DNA of 63,503 nt, filler included, from Chiloscyllium plagiosum (Eukaryota): assembly GCF_004010195.1 (NCBI RefSeq). It is 3 parts of one record of this genome, joined end to end, with 100 filler letters (N's around TTAATTAATTAA, not from the genome) between each part and the next. Parts side by side here need not be neighbours in the genome. Positions count along the whole stretch, not along the records: positions 26,179 to 43,439 come from NC_057714.1; positions 43,540 to 63,503 come from NC_057714.1; 1 more part is not named here. One strand, given 5' to 3'. Positions 37,936-50,578 of the stretch are shown here, in pieces (within the stretch, counting starts at the first letter, position 1; each line of letters opens with the position of its first letter). The position numbers and the translations under genes were made by a program. A model generated the notes under the pieces. It searched no databases. It saw only the letters and a program-made list of their open reading frames with translations, and was not told where the DNA came from.

Positions 37936-39250
37936 TCATCGATCACCAGTTCCGACATGCCACAGTGAGGAACATAATGACTTCCTCAGGAGACAGACAC
38001 GAACTGCAACCGACAGAGTACCCTTCATTGTCCAGTCCTTCCCAGGAGCTGATAAACTACACCATGTTCTTCGCAGCCTGCAACACATTATCAATGAGAA
38101 TGAGCACCTTGTGAAGACTTTCCTCACACCTCCACTTCTCATCTTTAAACAACCATCAAACCTCAAACAGATCGTAGCAAACTGCCTGGCTTTCAGGATA
38201 ACGCCACACAATCCTGTCACGGTGGACACTGCAAGACGTGTCAGAATGTTGACCCGGATACCACCATTACAAGTGGGACGCCACCCACCATGTGCGCAGC
38301 AGGTACTCGTGTGACTTTGCCAATGATATCTATCTCATGCTGCAGGCAGGATGCCTTGAGGCATGGTACATTGGCGAGACCGAGTAGAGGCTACGGCAAC
38401 AGATGAATGGACACCACACAACAAGCAACAGACAGGAATGTTCCCTCGCAGCTGGAGAGCACTTCAATGGTCCAGGACATTTGACCTCGGACCTTCGGGC
38501 GACCATCCTCCAAGGTGGACTTTGGCACAGGCAGCAATGAAGAGTGGCCGAGCAGAGGCTGAGAGCCAAGTTCGGTACAAATGGGGATGGCCTCAACCAG
38601 GACCTTGGGTTCATGTCACACTACAGGTGACTCCACTGCACTACACACACTCTCACACACACGCGCACAAAAGCACACAGACACACACACACTCCTACAG
38701 ACCCATACACTTACGCAGACCCTCTCTCATACACAAGCTCTCTCCCATATGCTCACAAATTCACACCCACACTCACACCCACACACGCAGCCTCTCACAG
38801 ATGTATTCCCCTTTATGCTCAAACTCACACACATACACATACTCTCATACTCCTCCACACAGACACGCACACACACATTACACATGCAAACACACTCATT
38901 ATAAGTTTGTGGGGTGAATTATATTTTATTTTGCTCAAAAATTGCATGAATCCATGTAAGATCCTGTAAGTCCCTTTTTTAACAAATAGACAGCCTCACA
39001 CAGAGCACCTCACACCTTCAATGCATTATCTGAGCTGGCATGGCACTTATTGTTAAAGCTCACTTGAGAATGTAACTGCTTTAAAAAAATTCTGGGATTT
39101 ACACATGAAAGAACTGAAACCAACATGTTCATTCTAAAAGATGAGAGACTTAACAAACAATCCAGATCCTTTTCAATATATAATTTCAGTTGCATCACAC
39201 TGTAAACTTTTGCTATAAATTCTGTGTCTTATGGTTTTATACTCCACAAA

Positions 39251-39285
39251 TACCTGATGAAGGAGTGGCGCTCTGAAAGCTAGTG
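39251..39285 (+). ncRNA. Minimal hammerhead ribozyme motif (PLE family B)
   Basis: tac-CTGATGA-a-ggag(tggcg)ctct-GAAAG-CTA-gtg; palindromic AGCT in place of stem III. Confidence 0.65.
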
Positions 39286-41094
39286 TTGGACTATAACCTG
39301 GTGTTATGTGATTTTTAACTTTGTACACCCTCGTCCAACACCGGCACCTTCAAATCATTCAGGCTTTGGAGGCAGTGGAGAGAAGATTTACAAGGCTGCG
39401 GTCCATTGTCTGAGCTTTATTTAGAATGTGTAAATTCCTAAATATTTTGTTTTGGTAAAAAATGAATGTGCTTATTTCATTTCAGAAATGTCAACTGCTG
39501 ATCGAAAAATTCTATGGTTATTTTGATGTAAAATCATTCCAAATTATCTGAATGACTCCCCAACAAAGCATGATGGTGAAAATTTGATGTGCAGAATTCC
39601 CTTAAAAAAAAGTTAGCTGAGGAAGTTTCTCAGTGTGACAACACATGCAGGGTTCCATTATAAAAAAGATGACATTAAAAGTAAGATTAATGTTTACAGG
39701 AAGTGCAAGTCACAAGAATATACTGCATGCAATCGTTTTTATTTATGTGCCTGAGACAAGTCAAATTTGACTGGACATGTCAAAACCTAGAATGAAACCT
39801 AGACTGATAAATCACATTTTTAAAATAAAAAATCAACATGATATTCATTCAAAGAAACATAGTTACATGAGGCCGCAGAGTTTCTTTAACAACAGAACAG
39901 AAATCGATTACACGAAAGACAAAAACAACAAAAAACAAGCTATCTAGATATAGAACACAGTTAGAAAACTCTTAAACCACTTAGTAAAGCAAGGTTTCAT
40001 TATATTTCCCAGTACCATCAGCATGCAGAGATTCAAATCCAGAGAAATTATCCCTCTACAGATAATCTTTAAATTCAACCAAACTGATTCTGCCTCAATA
40101 CTGTCCTGTGAATTGTGGAGTCTACTAAGGTAAATACTTGCAAAGCAGAGAATTTAAGATTTTTTTCAGAATCTACCTAGCAGATTTCCAACCAAACACT
40201 CCAGGTCTGAAAGTCCTTTAGACAAATACAACATCTAGAAATTGAGCAGAAGCAATGAAAGCCACTCTCAGATCTATAAATAGAAAACCTGTACAAAGAC
40301 AAATATTTCTCTCTCAAGGTTCAGTCACTTTGTATGACTAACAAATGTATGAGTGGGAGAGCTTAAAATGATATTCTAAATAGAAAGAGTTTGAGCTGGA
40401 AGAGATCCAATAAGAAATTAATATTTACTGTACATTAGAGATGGACAAACATAAACCAGAACTCTTGCCAGTTCTCATGAGAGTAAAGCAACTAAACAGC
40501 ATTTACAAATTGCCTGCAGCAAGTAAACTGAAACTCAGTAAGAGCCAAATGCTTCATATATTTCAGGAAGAACAACTTCTAAGGTTAGTTCAGTNNNNNN
40601 NNNNNNNNNNNNNNNNNNNNNNNNNNNNNNNNNNNNNNNNNNNNNNNNNNNNNNNNNNNNNNNNNNNNNNNNNNNNNNNNNNNNNNNNNNNNNNNNNNNN
40701 NNNNNNNNNNNNNNNNNNNNNNNNNNNNNNNNNNNNNNNNNNNNNNNNNNNNNNNNNNNNNNNNNNNNNNNNNNNNNNNNNNNNNNNNNNNNNNNNNNNN
40801 NNNNNNNNNNNNNNNNNNNNNNNNNNNNNNNNNNNNNNNNNNNNNNNNNNNNNNNNNNNNNNNNNNNNNNNNNNNNNNNNNNNNNNNNNNNNNNNNNNNN
40901 NNNNNNNNNNNNNNNNNNNNNNNNNNNNNNNNNNNNNNNNNNNNNNNNNNNNNNNNNNNNNNNNNNNNNNNNNNNNNNNNNNNNNNNNNNNNNNNNNNNN
41001 NNNNNNNNNNNNNNNNNNNNNNNNNNNNNNNNNNNNNNNNNNNNNNNNNNNNNNNNNNNNNNNNNNNNNNNNNNNNNNNNNNNNNNNNNNNNNN

Positions 41095-43439
41095 GTTGTG
41101 GACAGTGAAGACTTGGGGGTGTTGTTGTCAGTGAATAATTGGAGGTGTTGCGGACAGTGAAGAATTGGAGGTGTTGTGAACAGTGAAGCCTTGGAGGGTT
41201 TGTGATCAAGGATGAATTATAGGTGTTGTGGACAGTGAAGAATTGGAGATGTTGTGGACAATGAAGAATTGGAGGTGTTGTTGTCAGTAAATAATTGGAG
41301 GTGTTGTGGACAGTGAAGAATTGGAGGTGATGTGATCTGTGAAGAATTGGAGATGATGTGATCTGTGAAGAATTGGAGATGATGTGATCTGTGAAGAATT
41401 GGAGATGATGTGATCCGTGAAGAATTGGACGTGTTGTTGACAGTGAAGATTTGGAGGTGTTGTGATCAGTAAAGAACAGATTGTATTGTGGACAGTGAAG
41501 AATCGGCGGTGTTGTGATCAATGAAGAATTTGACGAGTTGTCGACAGTTAACTATTTGAGGTGTTGTGGACAGGTGGTATTGTGGACAGTGAAGAATTGG
41601 AGATGTTGTGGACAGTGAAGAATTGGAGATGTTGTGGACAGTGAAGAATTGGAGATGTTGTGAACAGTGAAGAATTGGAGGTGTTGTGGACAGTGAAGAG
41701 TTGGAGATGTTGTGGACAGTGAAGAATTGAAGGTATTGTGGACTGTGACGAATTTGAGTTGTTGTGGACAGTGAAGAATGGGAGGTGTTGTGATCAGTGA
41801 AAAGCCGGTGGTGTTGTGGACAGTGAAGAATTGGAGGTGTTGTGGACAGTGAAGAATTGGAGGTGTTGTGGACAGTGAAGAATTGGAGGTGTTGTGGACA
41901 ATGAAGAATTGGTGGTGTTGTGAACAGTGAAGAATTGGAGGTGTTGTGGACAGTGAAGAATTGGAGGTGTTGTGGACAGTGAAGAATTGGAGGTGTTGTG
42001 GACAATGAAGAATTGGAGGTGTTGTGGACAGTGAAGCCTTGGAGGGGTTGTGATCAATGATGAATTATAGATGTTGTGGACAGTGAAGAATTGGAAGTGT
42101 TGTGGACAGTGAAGAATTGGAGGTGTTGTGGACAGTGAAGAATTGGAGGTGTTGTGGACAGTGAAGAATTGGAGGAGTTGTGATCAGTGAAGAATTGGAC
42201 GTGTTGTGGACAGTGAAGAATTGGAGGTGTTGTGGACAGTGAAGAATTGGAGGTGTTGTGGACAGTGAATAATTGAAGGTGTTGTGATCAATGATGAATT
42301 TTTGGTGTTGTGGACTGTGAAGAATTGGAGGTGTTGTGATCAGTGAAGAATTGGACGTATTGTGGACAGTGAAGAATTGGAGGTGTTATGATCAATGAAG
42401 AACAGGTTGTGTTGTGGACAGTGAAGAATCGGTGGTGTTGTGGACAGTGAAGAATTGGAGGTGTGGTGGACAGTGAAGAATTGGAGGTGTCGTGGATAGT
42501 GACGACTTGGAGGTGTTGTGGTCAGTGAAAAACAGGAGGTGTTGTGGACAGTGAAGAATAGGTGGTGTTGTGATCAATGTAGAATTGGAGATGTTGTGGA
42601 CAGTGAAGAATTGGAGATGTTGTGATCAGTGAAGAATCGGAGGTGTTGTGGACAGTGAAGAATTGGAGATGTTGTGGACAGTGAAGCCTTGGAGGTGTTG
42701 TGATCAATGATGAATTATAGATGTTGTGGACAGTGAAGAATTGGAGATGTTGTGATCAGTGAAGAATTGGAGGTGTTATGATCAATGAAGAACTGGTTGT
42801 GTTGTGGACAGTGAAGAATCGGTGGTGTTTTCATCAATGAAAAATTGGACGTGTTGTTGAAAGTTAACTAATTGAAGTGTTGTGGACAGTGAAGAATTGG
42901 AGGTGTTGTGGACATTGAAGAATTGGAGGTGTTGTGGACAGTGAAGAATTGGAGGTGTTGTGGACAGTGAAGAATTGGAGGTGTTGTGGACAGTGAAGAA
43001 TTGGAGGTGTTGTGGACAGTGAAGAATTGGAGGTGTTGTGGACAGTGAAGAATTGGAGGTGTTGTGGACAGTGAAGAATTGGAGGTGTTGTGGACAGTGA
43101 AGAATTGGAGGTGTTGTGGACAGTGAAGAATTGGAGGTGTTGTGGACAGTGAAGAATTGGAGGTGTTGTGGACAGTGAAGAATTGGAGGTGTTGTGGACA
43201 GTGAAGAATTGGAGGTGTTGTGGACAGTGAAGAATTGGAGGTGTTGTGGACAGTGAAGAATTGGAGGTGTTGTGGACAGTGAAGAATTGGAGGTGTTGTG
43301 GACAGTGAAGAATTGGAGGTGTTGTGGACAGTGAAGAATTGGAGGTGTTGTGGACAGTGAAGAATTGGAGGTGTTGTGGACAGTGAAGAATTGGAGGTGT
43401 TGTGGACAGTGAAGAATTGGAGGTGTTGTGGACAGTGAA
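41095..43439. repeat. Satellite/minisatellite, 26-bp unit (gttgtggacagtgaagaattggaggt), ~90 copies, gap-bounded
   Basis: Visible array; diverged at left, essentially perfect from ~42920 to the gap. Confidence 0.98.
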
Positions 43440-43539
43440 NNNNNNNNNNNNNNNNNNNNNNNNNNNNNNNNNNNNNNNNNNNNTTAATTAATTAANNNNN
43501 NNNNNNNNNNNNNNNNNNNNNNNNNNNNNNNNNNNNNNN

Positions 43540-43880
43540 GGGGGGGTTCTGTCCTTGTTACGGTTGGAGGGGTGGGATTCGAGGGCGGAGGTGTGGGATG
43601 TGGATGAGATGCGTTGGAGGGCATCTTCAACCACGTAGGAGGGGAAATTACGGTCTTTAAAGAAGGAGGCCATCTGGTCTGTTCTGTAGTAGAAATGGTC
43701 ATCCTGGGAGCAGATACGGCGGAGGCAGAGGAATTGGGAATACGGGATGGCATTTTTGCAGGAGGTAGGATGGGAAGAGTTGTAATCCAGGTAGCTGTGG
43801 GAGTCTGACCTGCTGTGCATTTCCAGCACCATTCTAATCTTGACTCTAATCTCCAGCATCTACAGTCCTCACTTTCGCCT
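43540..43880 (-). mobile_element. PLE family A fragment with inverted terminal arm
   Basis: DSHSYLDYNSSHPTSCKNAIPYSQFLCLRRICS; inverted tail 43805-43880. Confidence 0.9.
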
Positions 43881-46109
43881 TGAAGAGCTGCATGGCCTAC
43901 AGTTGCTCCTATTTTCTGCATTTCTATGTATCTGCTGTGAAGACTGATGCGAAGGGTTTTCTCACCTCCTCTGCCAATCCCAACACACAACAGCACCAGA
44001 AGTCAGGAGCAGCACACAAATTAGTTTCTTGGTGTAACTTTAGAAATCTTACATAAACTCCTAAAATTATTGATATCGTCACAATAATTATTTAAGGCTG
44101 AGTTGGAGGAGAACAACACTATTTAAATTTGGACCTCAAATTAATTCCATAGCGTTATGTCAACAAAATCACGACGGTTCTGAACCTACACTGGCAAGTT
44201 CCCTGCAGTTTCTAAAGTGCCAAATAGTCAGTTTCTTACAGTAACAATATCCAAGTAAGGAGAGCTTGTCATCAGGAAATTGAATAGATTGTCAATAAAA
44301 TTATGAAGAGGATGCTTTGGGGGTTAAAGCCGACGTAATATTGAATTTATTGCCTGTCTACTTCTATATAGGCATTAACAGCAAAAATCACAGACAAAAA
44401 CTCATCCAAGCCTGACATTGATCTATTAATAAACCCCTTCTAAATAATGGTCCACATACAGAAAATTATTAACTGTGACAGTATATCACACTACAGATCA
44501 TAAAGGTCAGTTTTTCCCCTCAAAGAGAGTTAACTATCTATAGTTAGTCAGCATGTGATTTGAAGATTTCCGAGTAAAAGAAAAGGTCTGTTGAATATGG
44601 CTGATGTTGTTTGCATTGAAAACAAATCAACTCAAAATTTGTAACAGAAGCATTTACTTCTCTGGTTTTTTTGAGTGACTTGTGATTGTGCAGTGATGAT
44701 GTCATGGTTAAACTGACTGAGATAATCTCATGTTCGGAGATATAAATCAACACCTTTGAGACTTGCAAGAGAACTTCACTGGTTATTTTATTTCAAGAAA
44801 ATTGCATACAATTGTCTAACCAATGTATCTCAATTGGTGAACATTTCAATTCTGATTGGGGTCAAAAGGCTCTAATCCTGTTTGTTCCACTGTTTTTGAT
44901 AAATGGAAAACTTATTAATGTTAAAAAGTGCAGAGCATAAAGCTGCTGTGAAGAAAAACTGAACTATTCCCATACATTTGGAGGACACTAACATTGCATC
45001 ATGAAGGGTCCTGATAGCTGGAAGGGCCAAACAGCATCTGTCTCTTTCCAATTTTTCTCACTCAAGAAGCATCTTTAGGTTGAAAACAGCAATGTTGGTT
45101 ATTTATTGAATATGCCAAAAGCAAGTGTGAAATCTTGTTTTCTTAACCTCTAGAAAATTCCTCTGTACCCATTTTGCAGCCTTAAAATTTGGTCCTGCAA
45201 GATTCCCCAGTTTGTTGCAATCCCCACAGACACCATTAAGCTTTTAAAAGTTAAAGACTTTCCCAGTTACTAATAAGGACACAATTTCATGGTTCAAGAT
45301 TTTTGCTGCAACAAAGAAAATAAAATCAACATAAGCAAACACTATACTAGCAACTATGATCATTTTGCCTTTGGCTGTGTTGGCTCACACCATCAAAAAA
45401 GGTTCTCATTGCGATGCCAGAACTGCAGTGACATCATTCCATCCCAATCACTGATATCCATGTGCTTACTTGGTTAGTGACAATATTTTAACTGACAGGA
45501 CATTCCACAAAGGGCACATAGAGGGTGTCCAATCAAGGTGGGAAGACTTTCGCTCAGATAATCTAGAATTTAGACAGGTCTAAGTTTCTGTTAAGATCAA
45601 AACATAGGTGTTGAGGAGCCAGGTTTCAGGATAGGACAGTAAGGAACTTCTGTCTTTGGGAACTTGGTGTTTTTTTTGTGTTTCAGAGAGAGAGAGAAGA
45701 GGTTTTCCTGTCCACAAATAGAAATCAGAATTGAATCATAAGTTTGTCTTGTATCTGAAATGATTTTCTTTAGTGCCTTTTATCTGGAATCTGTCATGTA
45801 ACTCTGAAAAGCAAAATTTGTGTTTTTTTCTTGGTACTTAATACATTAATTGTACCACCAAAATATTTATGTTGTTTCTTAAGGTCAATAAACTTTGATA
45901 TTATTCATCAACTCAATATTTTAGCCTTACCTTGTTGGTATATCTATGTTGTGCCAGGAACATCTAAATTGCCAAGTTGGAAGGGTGTAATTTGAATCTT
46001 ATATTTTCATCTGCAGAATCAAATTGAAGTAATCTCTATTATGTAAACTCCATTTTAAAACCCGCAGCAAGAACCTGCAAATGTTCTCCGGAACTCCACC
46101 TGATAACAA

Positions 46110-46685
46110 CATTGGTGGAGAGACCAAAAACAGAGTAAAACATTAAACAGCAGTAGAGTTGGTATGGCAGGAATAACCTCATTTCGTGTTCTTAATGAAC
46201 ACGCAGACCAGGGCAAAGCTCAGAAAAAAATTACTCTAGACGATTGACAAGCACAGTGCCAAGTGAAAACCTCAGCATGGATCAGACCTTGCTGGTGTGA
46301 GAGACATTTGGTCATGCTAGGCACAAAAATGCCAGAATTTGAGAAAGAGATTCATCTTCTATTGAAATGCCTCAGTGTTAGTTAAAAATACTAACAAATA
46401 TCAAGTCAGTAACTCGATATACCTAGTAAGAAGCATTGCAGGTGATGTGCTTCCAATGTAAGGGCTAAACAGAAAGACCACAGCTTATAAGGATGTAATC
46501 AGCGTTTTGATGTTTTATTGGTTGAGCACAACATTGTAATTTAGAAGACAAAATTCATCAGAAAAAAAAATCAAGGTTCTGAAGAAGGCATGGATTCCCT
46601 TGTTAAAGACTATTACCGTTTAGCAGACAACGCAATTACAGAGGATTATCAGATGATTTGAGCAGAGTTAGCAAAGTGGGGAAGA
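46110..46685 (+). mobile_element. Gypsy gag relic
   Basis: HNIVI*KTKFIRKKNQGSEEGMDSLVKDYYRLADN resembles the Gypsy gag motif N.I.ERAKF..R.Q..GES.D.F..DLY.LA. Confidence 0.5.
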
Positions 46686-46871
46686 TCAAACATTGATTAC
46701 AATGGACAATTGGTCAGTCAGGCTGAGGTCTGAAAACAGAATTGGGTCTTTATTATGGGAGAAAGAAAAATCCTTTGGACTAAACAATTCGAATGCAACA
46801 AGTATATTGGGTGGGATATCCTTTATGGCTTTTGTTCTCTGTGATTGCTGTTGCTCACACAATGTACCCTA

Positions 46872-47310
46872 ATAGTCATAGAGTCAGAGAGATGTACAGC
46901 ATGGAAACAGACCTCTCGGTCCAACCCATCTTGCCGACCAGATATCCCAACCCAATCTAGTCCCACCTGCCAGCAACCGGCCCACATCCCTCCAAACCCT
47001 TCCTCTTCATAAACTCATCCAAATGCCTCTTAAATGTTGCAATTGTACCAGTCTCCACCACTTCCTCTAGCAGCTCATTCCATACACGTGCCACCCTCTG
47101 TGCGAAAATGTTGCCTCGTAGGTCTCTTTTATATCTTTCCCCTCTCACCCTAAACCTATGCCCTCTAGTTCTGGACTCCCCGGCCACAGGGAAAAGACTT
47201 TGTCTATTTATCCTATCCATGCCCCTCATAATTTTGTAAACCTCTATAAGGTCACCCCTCAGCCTCCGACGCTCCAGGGAAAACAGCACCAGCCTGTTCA
47301 GCCTCTCCCT
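46872..47310 (-). mobile_element. Young CR1 3' end
   Basis: LFSLERRRLRGDLIEVYKIMRG..RTRGH..RVARVWNEL. Confidence 0.95.
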
Positions 47311-48185
47311 NNNNNNNNNNNNNNNNNNNNNNNNNNNNNNNNNNNNNNNNNNNNNNNNNNNNNNNNNNNNNNNNNNNNNNNNNNNNNNNNNNNNNNNNNN
47401 NNNNNNNNNNNNNNNNNNNNNNNNNNNNNNNNNNNNNNNNNNNNNNNNNNNNNNNNNNNNNNNNNNNNNNNNNNNNNNNNNNNNNNNNNNNNNNNNNNNN
47501 NNNNNNNNNNNNNNNNNNNNNNNNNNNNNNNNNNNNNNNNNNNNNNNNNNNNNNNNNNNNNNNNNNNNNNNNNNNNNNNNNNNNNNNNNNNNNNNNNNNN
47601 NNNNNNNNNNNNNNNNNNNNNNNNNNNNNNNNNNNNNNNNNNNNNNNNNNNNNNNNNNNNNNNNNNNNNNNNNNNNNNNNNNNNNNNNNNNNNNNNNNNN
47701 NNNNNNNNNNNNNNNNNNNNNNNNNNNNNNNNNNNNNNNNNNNNNNNNNNNNNNNNNNNNNNNNNNNNNNNNNNNNNNNNNNNNNNNNNNNNNNNNNNNN
47801 NNNNNNNNNNNNNNNNNNNNNNNNNNNNNNNNNNNNNNNNNNNNNNNNNNNNNNNNNNNNNNNNNNNNNNNNNNNNNNNNNNNNNNNNNNNNNNNNNNNN
47901 NNNNNNNNNNNNNNNNNNNNNNNNNNNNNNNNNNNNNNNNNNNNNNNNNNNNNNNNNNNNNNNNNNNNNNNNNNNNNNNNNNNNNNNNNNNNNNNNNNNN
48001 NNNNNNNNNNNNNNNNNNNNNNNNNNNNNNNNNNNNNNNNNNNNNNNNNNNNNNNNNNNNNNNNNNNNNNNNNNNNNNNNNNNNNNNNNNNNNNNNNNNN
48101 NNNNNNNNNNNNNNNNNNNNNNNNNNNNNNNNNNNNNNNNNNNNNNNNNNNNNNNNNNNNNNNNNNNNNNNNNNNNNNNNNNNNN

Positions 48186-48229
48186 ATTTTCAGCTCTGAT
48201 CTCCAGCATCTGCAGTCCTCACTTTCTCC
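48186..48229 (+). mobile_element. PLE family A terminal tail (rest in gap)
   Basis: attttcagctctgatctccagcatctgcagtcctcactttctcct. Confidence 0.8.
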
Positions 48230-48466
48230 TAATCCTCTGATCACCTTGTATGTCTCTATCAAATCCCCTCTTAGCCTTCTTCTTGCCAATGAGAACAGGT
48301 TCAAGTCTCTCAGCCTTTCCTCATAAGACCTTCCCTCCAGATCAGGCAACATCCTGGTAAAACTCTTCTGCACCTTTTCCAATGCTTCCACATCCTTCCT
48401 GAAATATGGGGACCAGAACTGTACACAATATTCCAAGCGTGGCTGCACCAGCATTTTGTATAGTTG
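48230..48466 (-). mobile_element. Young CR1 fragment
   Basis: LEYCVQFWSPYFRKDVEALEKVQ; closely similar to 54270-54503. Confidence 0.9.
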
Positions 48467-48720
48467 TATAGAGAGAAACCGTTCCTCTTAGTAAAGGGGT
48501 CAGTAACCAAGGGCACAATTTTAAGGTAAGGAGCAGGAAGTTTAGAGGAGATTTGAGGAAAAATGTTTTCACCCAGAGGTTTGTATACATCTGAAACTCG
48601 TTGCCTGAAAAGGTGGTAGAGATTGGAATACTCAAGATATTTATGAACTATTTAGATGAATACTTGAAACACCACAGCATGCAAGGTTCTGTAAAATGGG
48701 ATTAGAATAGCTGATGTTTG
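48467..48720 (+). mobile_element. Older CR1 3' fragment
   Basis: KPFLLVKGSVTKGHNFKVRSRKFRGDLRKNVFTQR. Confidence 0.75.
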
Positions 48721-50375
48721 ACTCAATTTTAGAGTAAGACCCCACAAATATCATCTAGAGCTCTCCCTCACAACAAAATCTCCAGTAGACTACTTACATC
48801 TTTAACATTATCCCCTCCCCCAATACAAGTAAGAAGGCAAACTGAAATAACTGAAAATCTATACACTTCCAGCCTAAAATATAACTGACATTTAGGTTAA
48901 TCAATTTCTTGCCTGAACCATTATACTAAACTTAACTAACTTTAAGAATCAACTCTCCTTGCAATTATTCTAATGGATTTTGCATTGTTAGCATTGTGTT
49001 TTTGTCATTGAAAATACATTCATTTCATTTGTCAGTATTTAGCATGATAACATTCACTTCAGTTAAGGTGCTGAATTGAAATGCCACAGGTACCAAGACT
49101 CCTTTGTAGAGGTAAATATATTTGTTCCCTTATTCTTTTTTCAACTTTCCACTTTTACCTCTAAAGCAAGCAAGATGTCACATTGCAGCATGCATTCAGC
49201 TTAAACCCCATCTAGCCAGAAAGCAACAGGAAAACACAAAAGCTTTTAGTTAATATTAGCACAGCGTAAAATGTTATCTCTTTCATATTTTAATTCAATT
49301 TTCATGCTAGAATGTACACATTTATAGATAGTCCTGACAACATGTCAGTATCCTGATGTTGATCATGTTTCTGGATGTGATTGTACATTCTATGCGTTGT
49401 TTTCACTGTGAGTGACAATACCTCTGTGATTCTTTTATCAGTCGCTTCTAAAAATATCTTCTTAAAGCAAGGTCAAGGATAATTTACTCCTAGCAGCCAA
49501 GGCTGAAGTGTTTTAGATGGTGAAGAACACTGTAGCTGTCAACACATAAAGAAGCCTATCGCAGACTGTAAGAGCCTTCAGACTCACAAAGCCTGTGCTA
49601 TTTTAGATTTAATGCAGATCAACAACTGACCATGAGGATATTTCATTATTCCATAACTCATCACCTATCTCTATGTTTACATATTTTAATATCAAGCAGT
49701 GTATAACATTTCTGATTAACTGATCAGCATAGTATGCCTTGGACCAGTGTTACAGATTGTGTAATCATACACTGACAAAAGTTCTTTCTTAATTCCTGGC
49801 TCTCACTGATGTCTTGACACAATGCCTGTCTCTCCATTAGACTAATTACAAGTTTAAATATTTCAGCAAATTGTATAATATTAGATTACCACTTGGCTCG
49901 AATGATGCATAATTTAATAAGTTCAGATCAGACCCATCATCGACATCCCTAAATAACACCAGAATGTTTTGACTATAGCAAAGTATTTTGTGAACGAATA
50001 GCTCATGCAGTTAATATGAAGATCTGCTCAAACTGTGAGTTTCATGTACTGTTAGCATCTTCTGCTGAGTCAGTCTTTAAATCCATGTATTCCTGCACTC
50101 AAAAAAGTTCATCAGCATTGAGCTAGCGTTTTAAAAAATGTATGTAATCTACGTAGCAGGATTGTGTATTTTAACCGTTTAAAGATACTTGTTCAGTCTA
50201 TAGTTAATATCTTCTTTACTGATGCTGTTAAGAATTTCAATCATAGGTTGTTGAGCATTTGACTAGTTGATATACATTTATTGAAATTATAATCTAGTCT
50301 TATTCGATATTGAGCCCATTCCTGTTCAAATGAGATGTTCAGCTCCACGCTGACAGCTAGATAGAAAAGTATTTT

Positions 50376-50388
50376 CTCTCTGTCTCTG

Positions 50389-50420
<32 letters not shown>
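50376..50420. repeat. (TC)n microsatellite
   Basis: Visible dinucleotide run. Confidence 0.95.
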
Positions 50421-50421
<1 letters not shown>

Positions 50422-50479
50422 GGGCACTGTGTCACCCCCACTCACCAGCCATCCATTCTAACCTTCCTCAGCTATCTTC

Positions 50480-50578
50480 AATTCTGATGAATGGTTGTTG
50501 GACTCAAAAAGTTAACTCTGCCTCTCTCTCTGAAGATGCTGCCAGATCTGCCAAGCTTCTCCAGCATTTTCTGGTTTA
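50480..50578 (+). mobile_element. PLE-type terminal repeat (family D), degenerate
   Basis: ttctgatgaatggttgttggactcaaaaagttaactctg..gatgctgccagatctg. Confidence 0.55.

Larger units (their letters stand above)
37247..39357 (+). mobile_element. PLE family B insertion: inverted terminal arm, GIY-YIG region, CA-rich UTR and 3' repeat
   Basis: DRVPFIVQSFPG, PCHGGHCKTCQ, YIGETE..LRQQMNGH, GLNQDLGFMSHY. 37247-37402 is inverted against ~39176-39318. Probable TSD ttcaagcattgga (37234-37246) / ttcaggctttgga (39358-39370). Confidence 0.9.

Noticed and set aside
39850..40594. A-rich stretch possibly from a Gypsy gag/protease region
   Set aside because: Too decayed to show diagnostic motifs.
41095..43439. 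Zinc-finger-like or mucin-like ORFs in the 26-bp array
   Set aside because: They are translations of three 26-bp units (78 nt); no splice or codon evidence.
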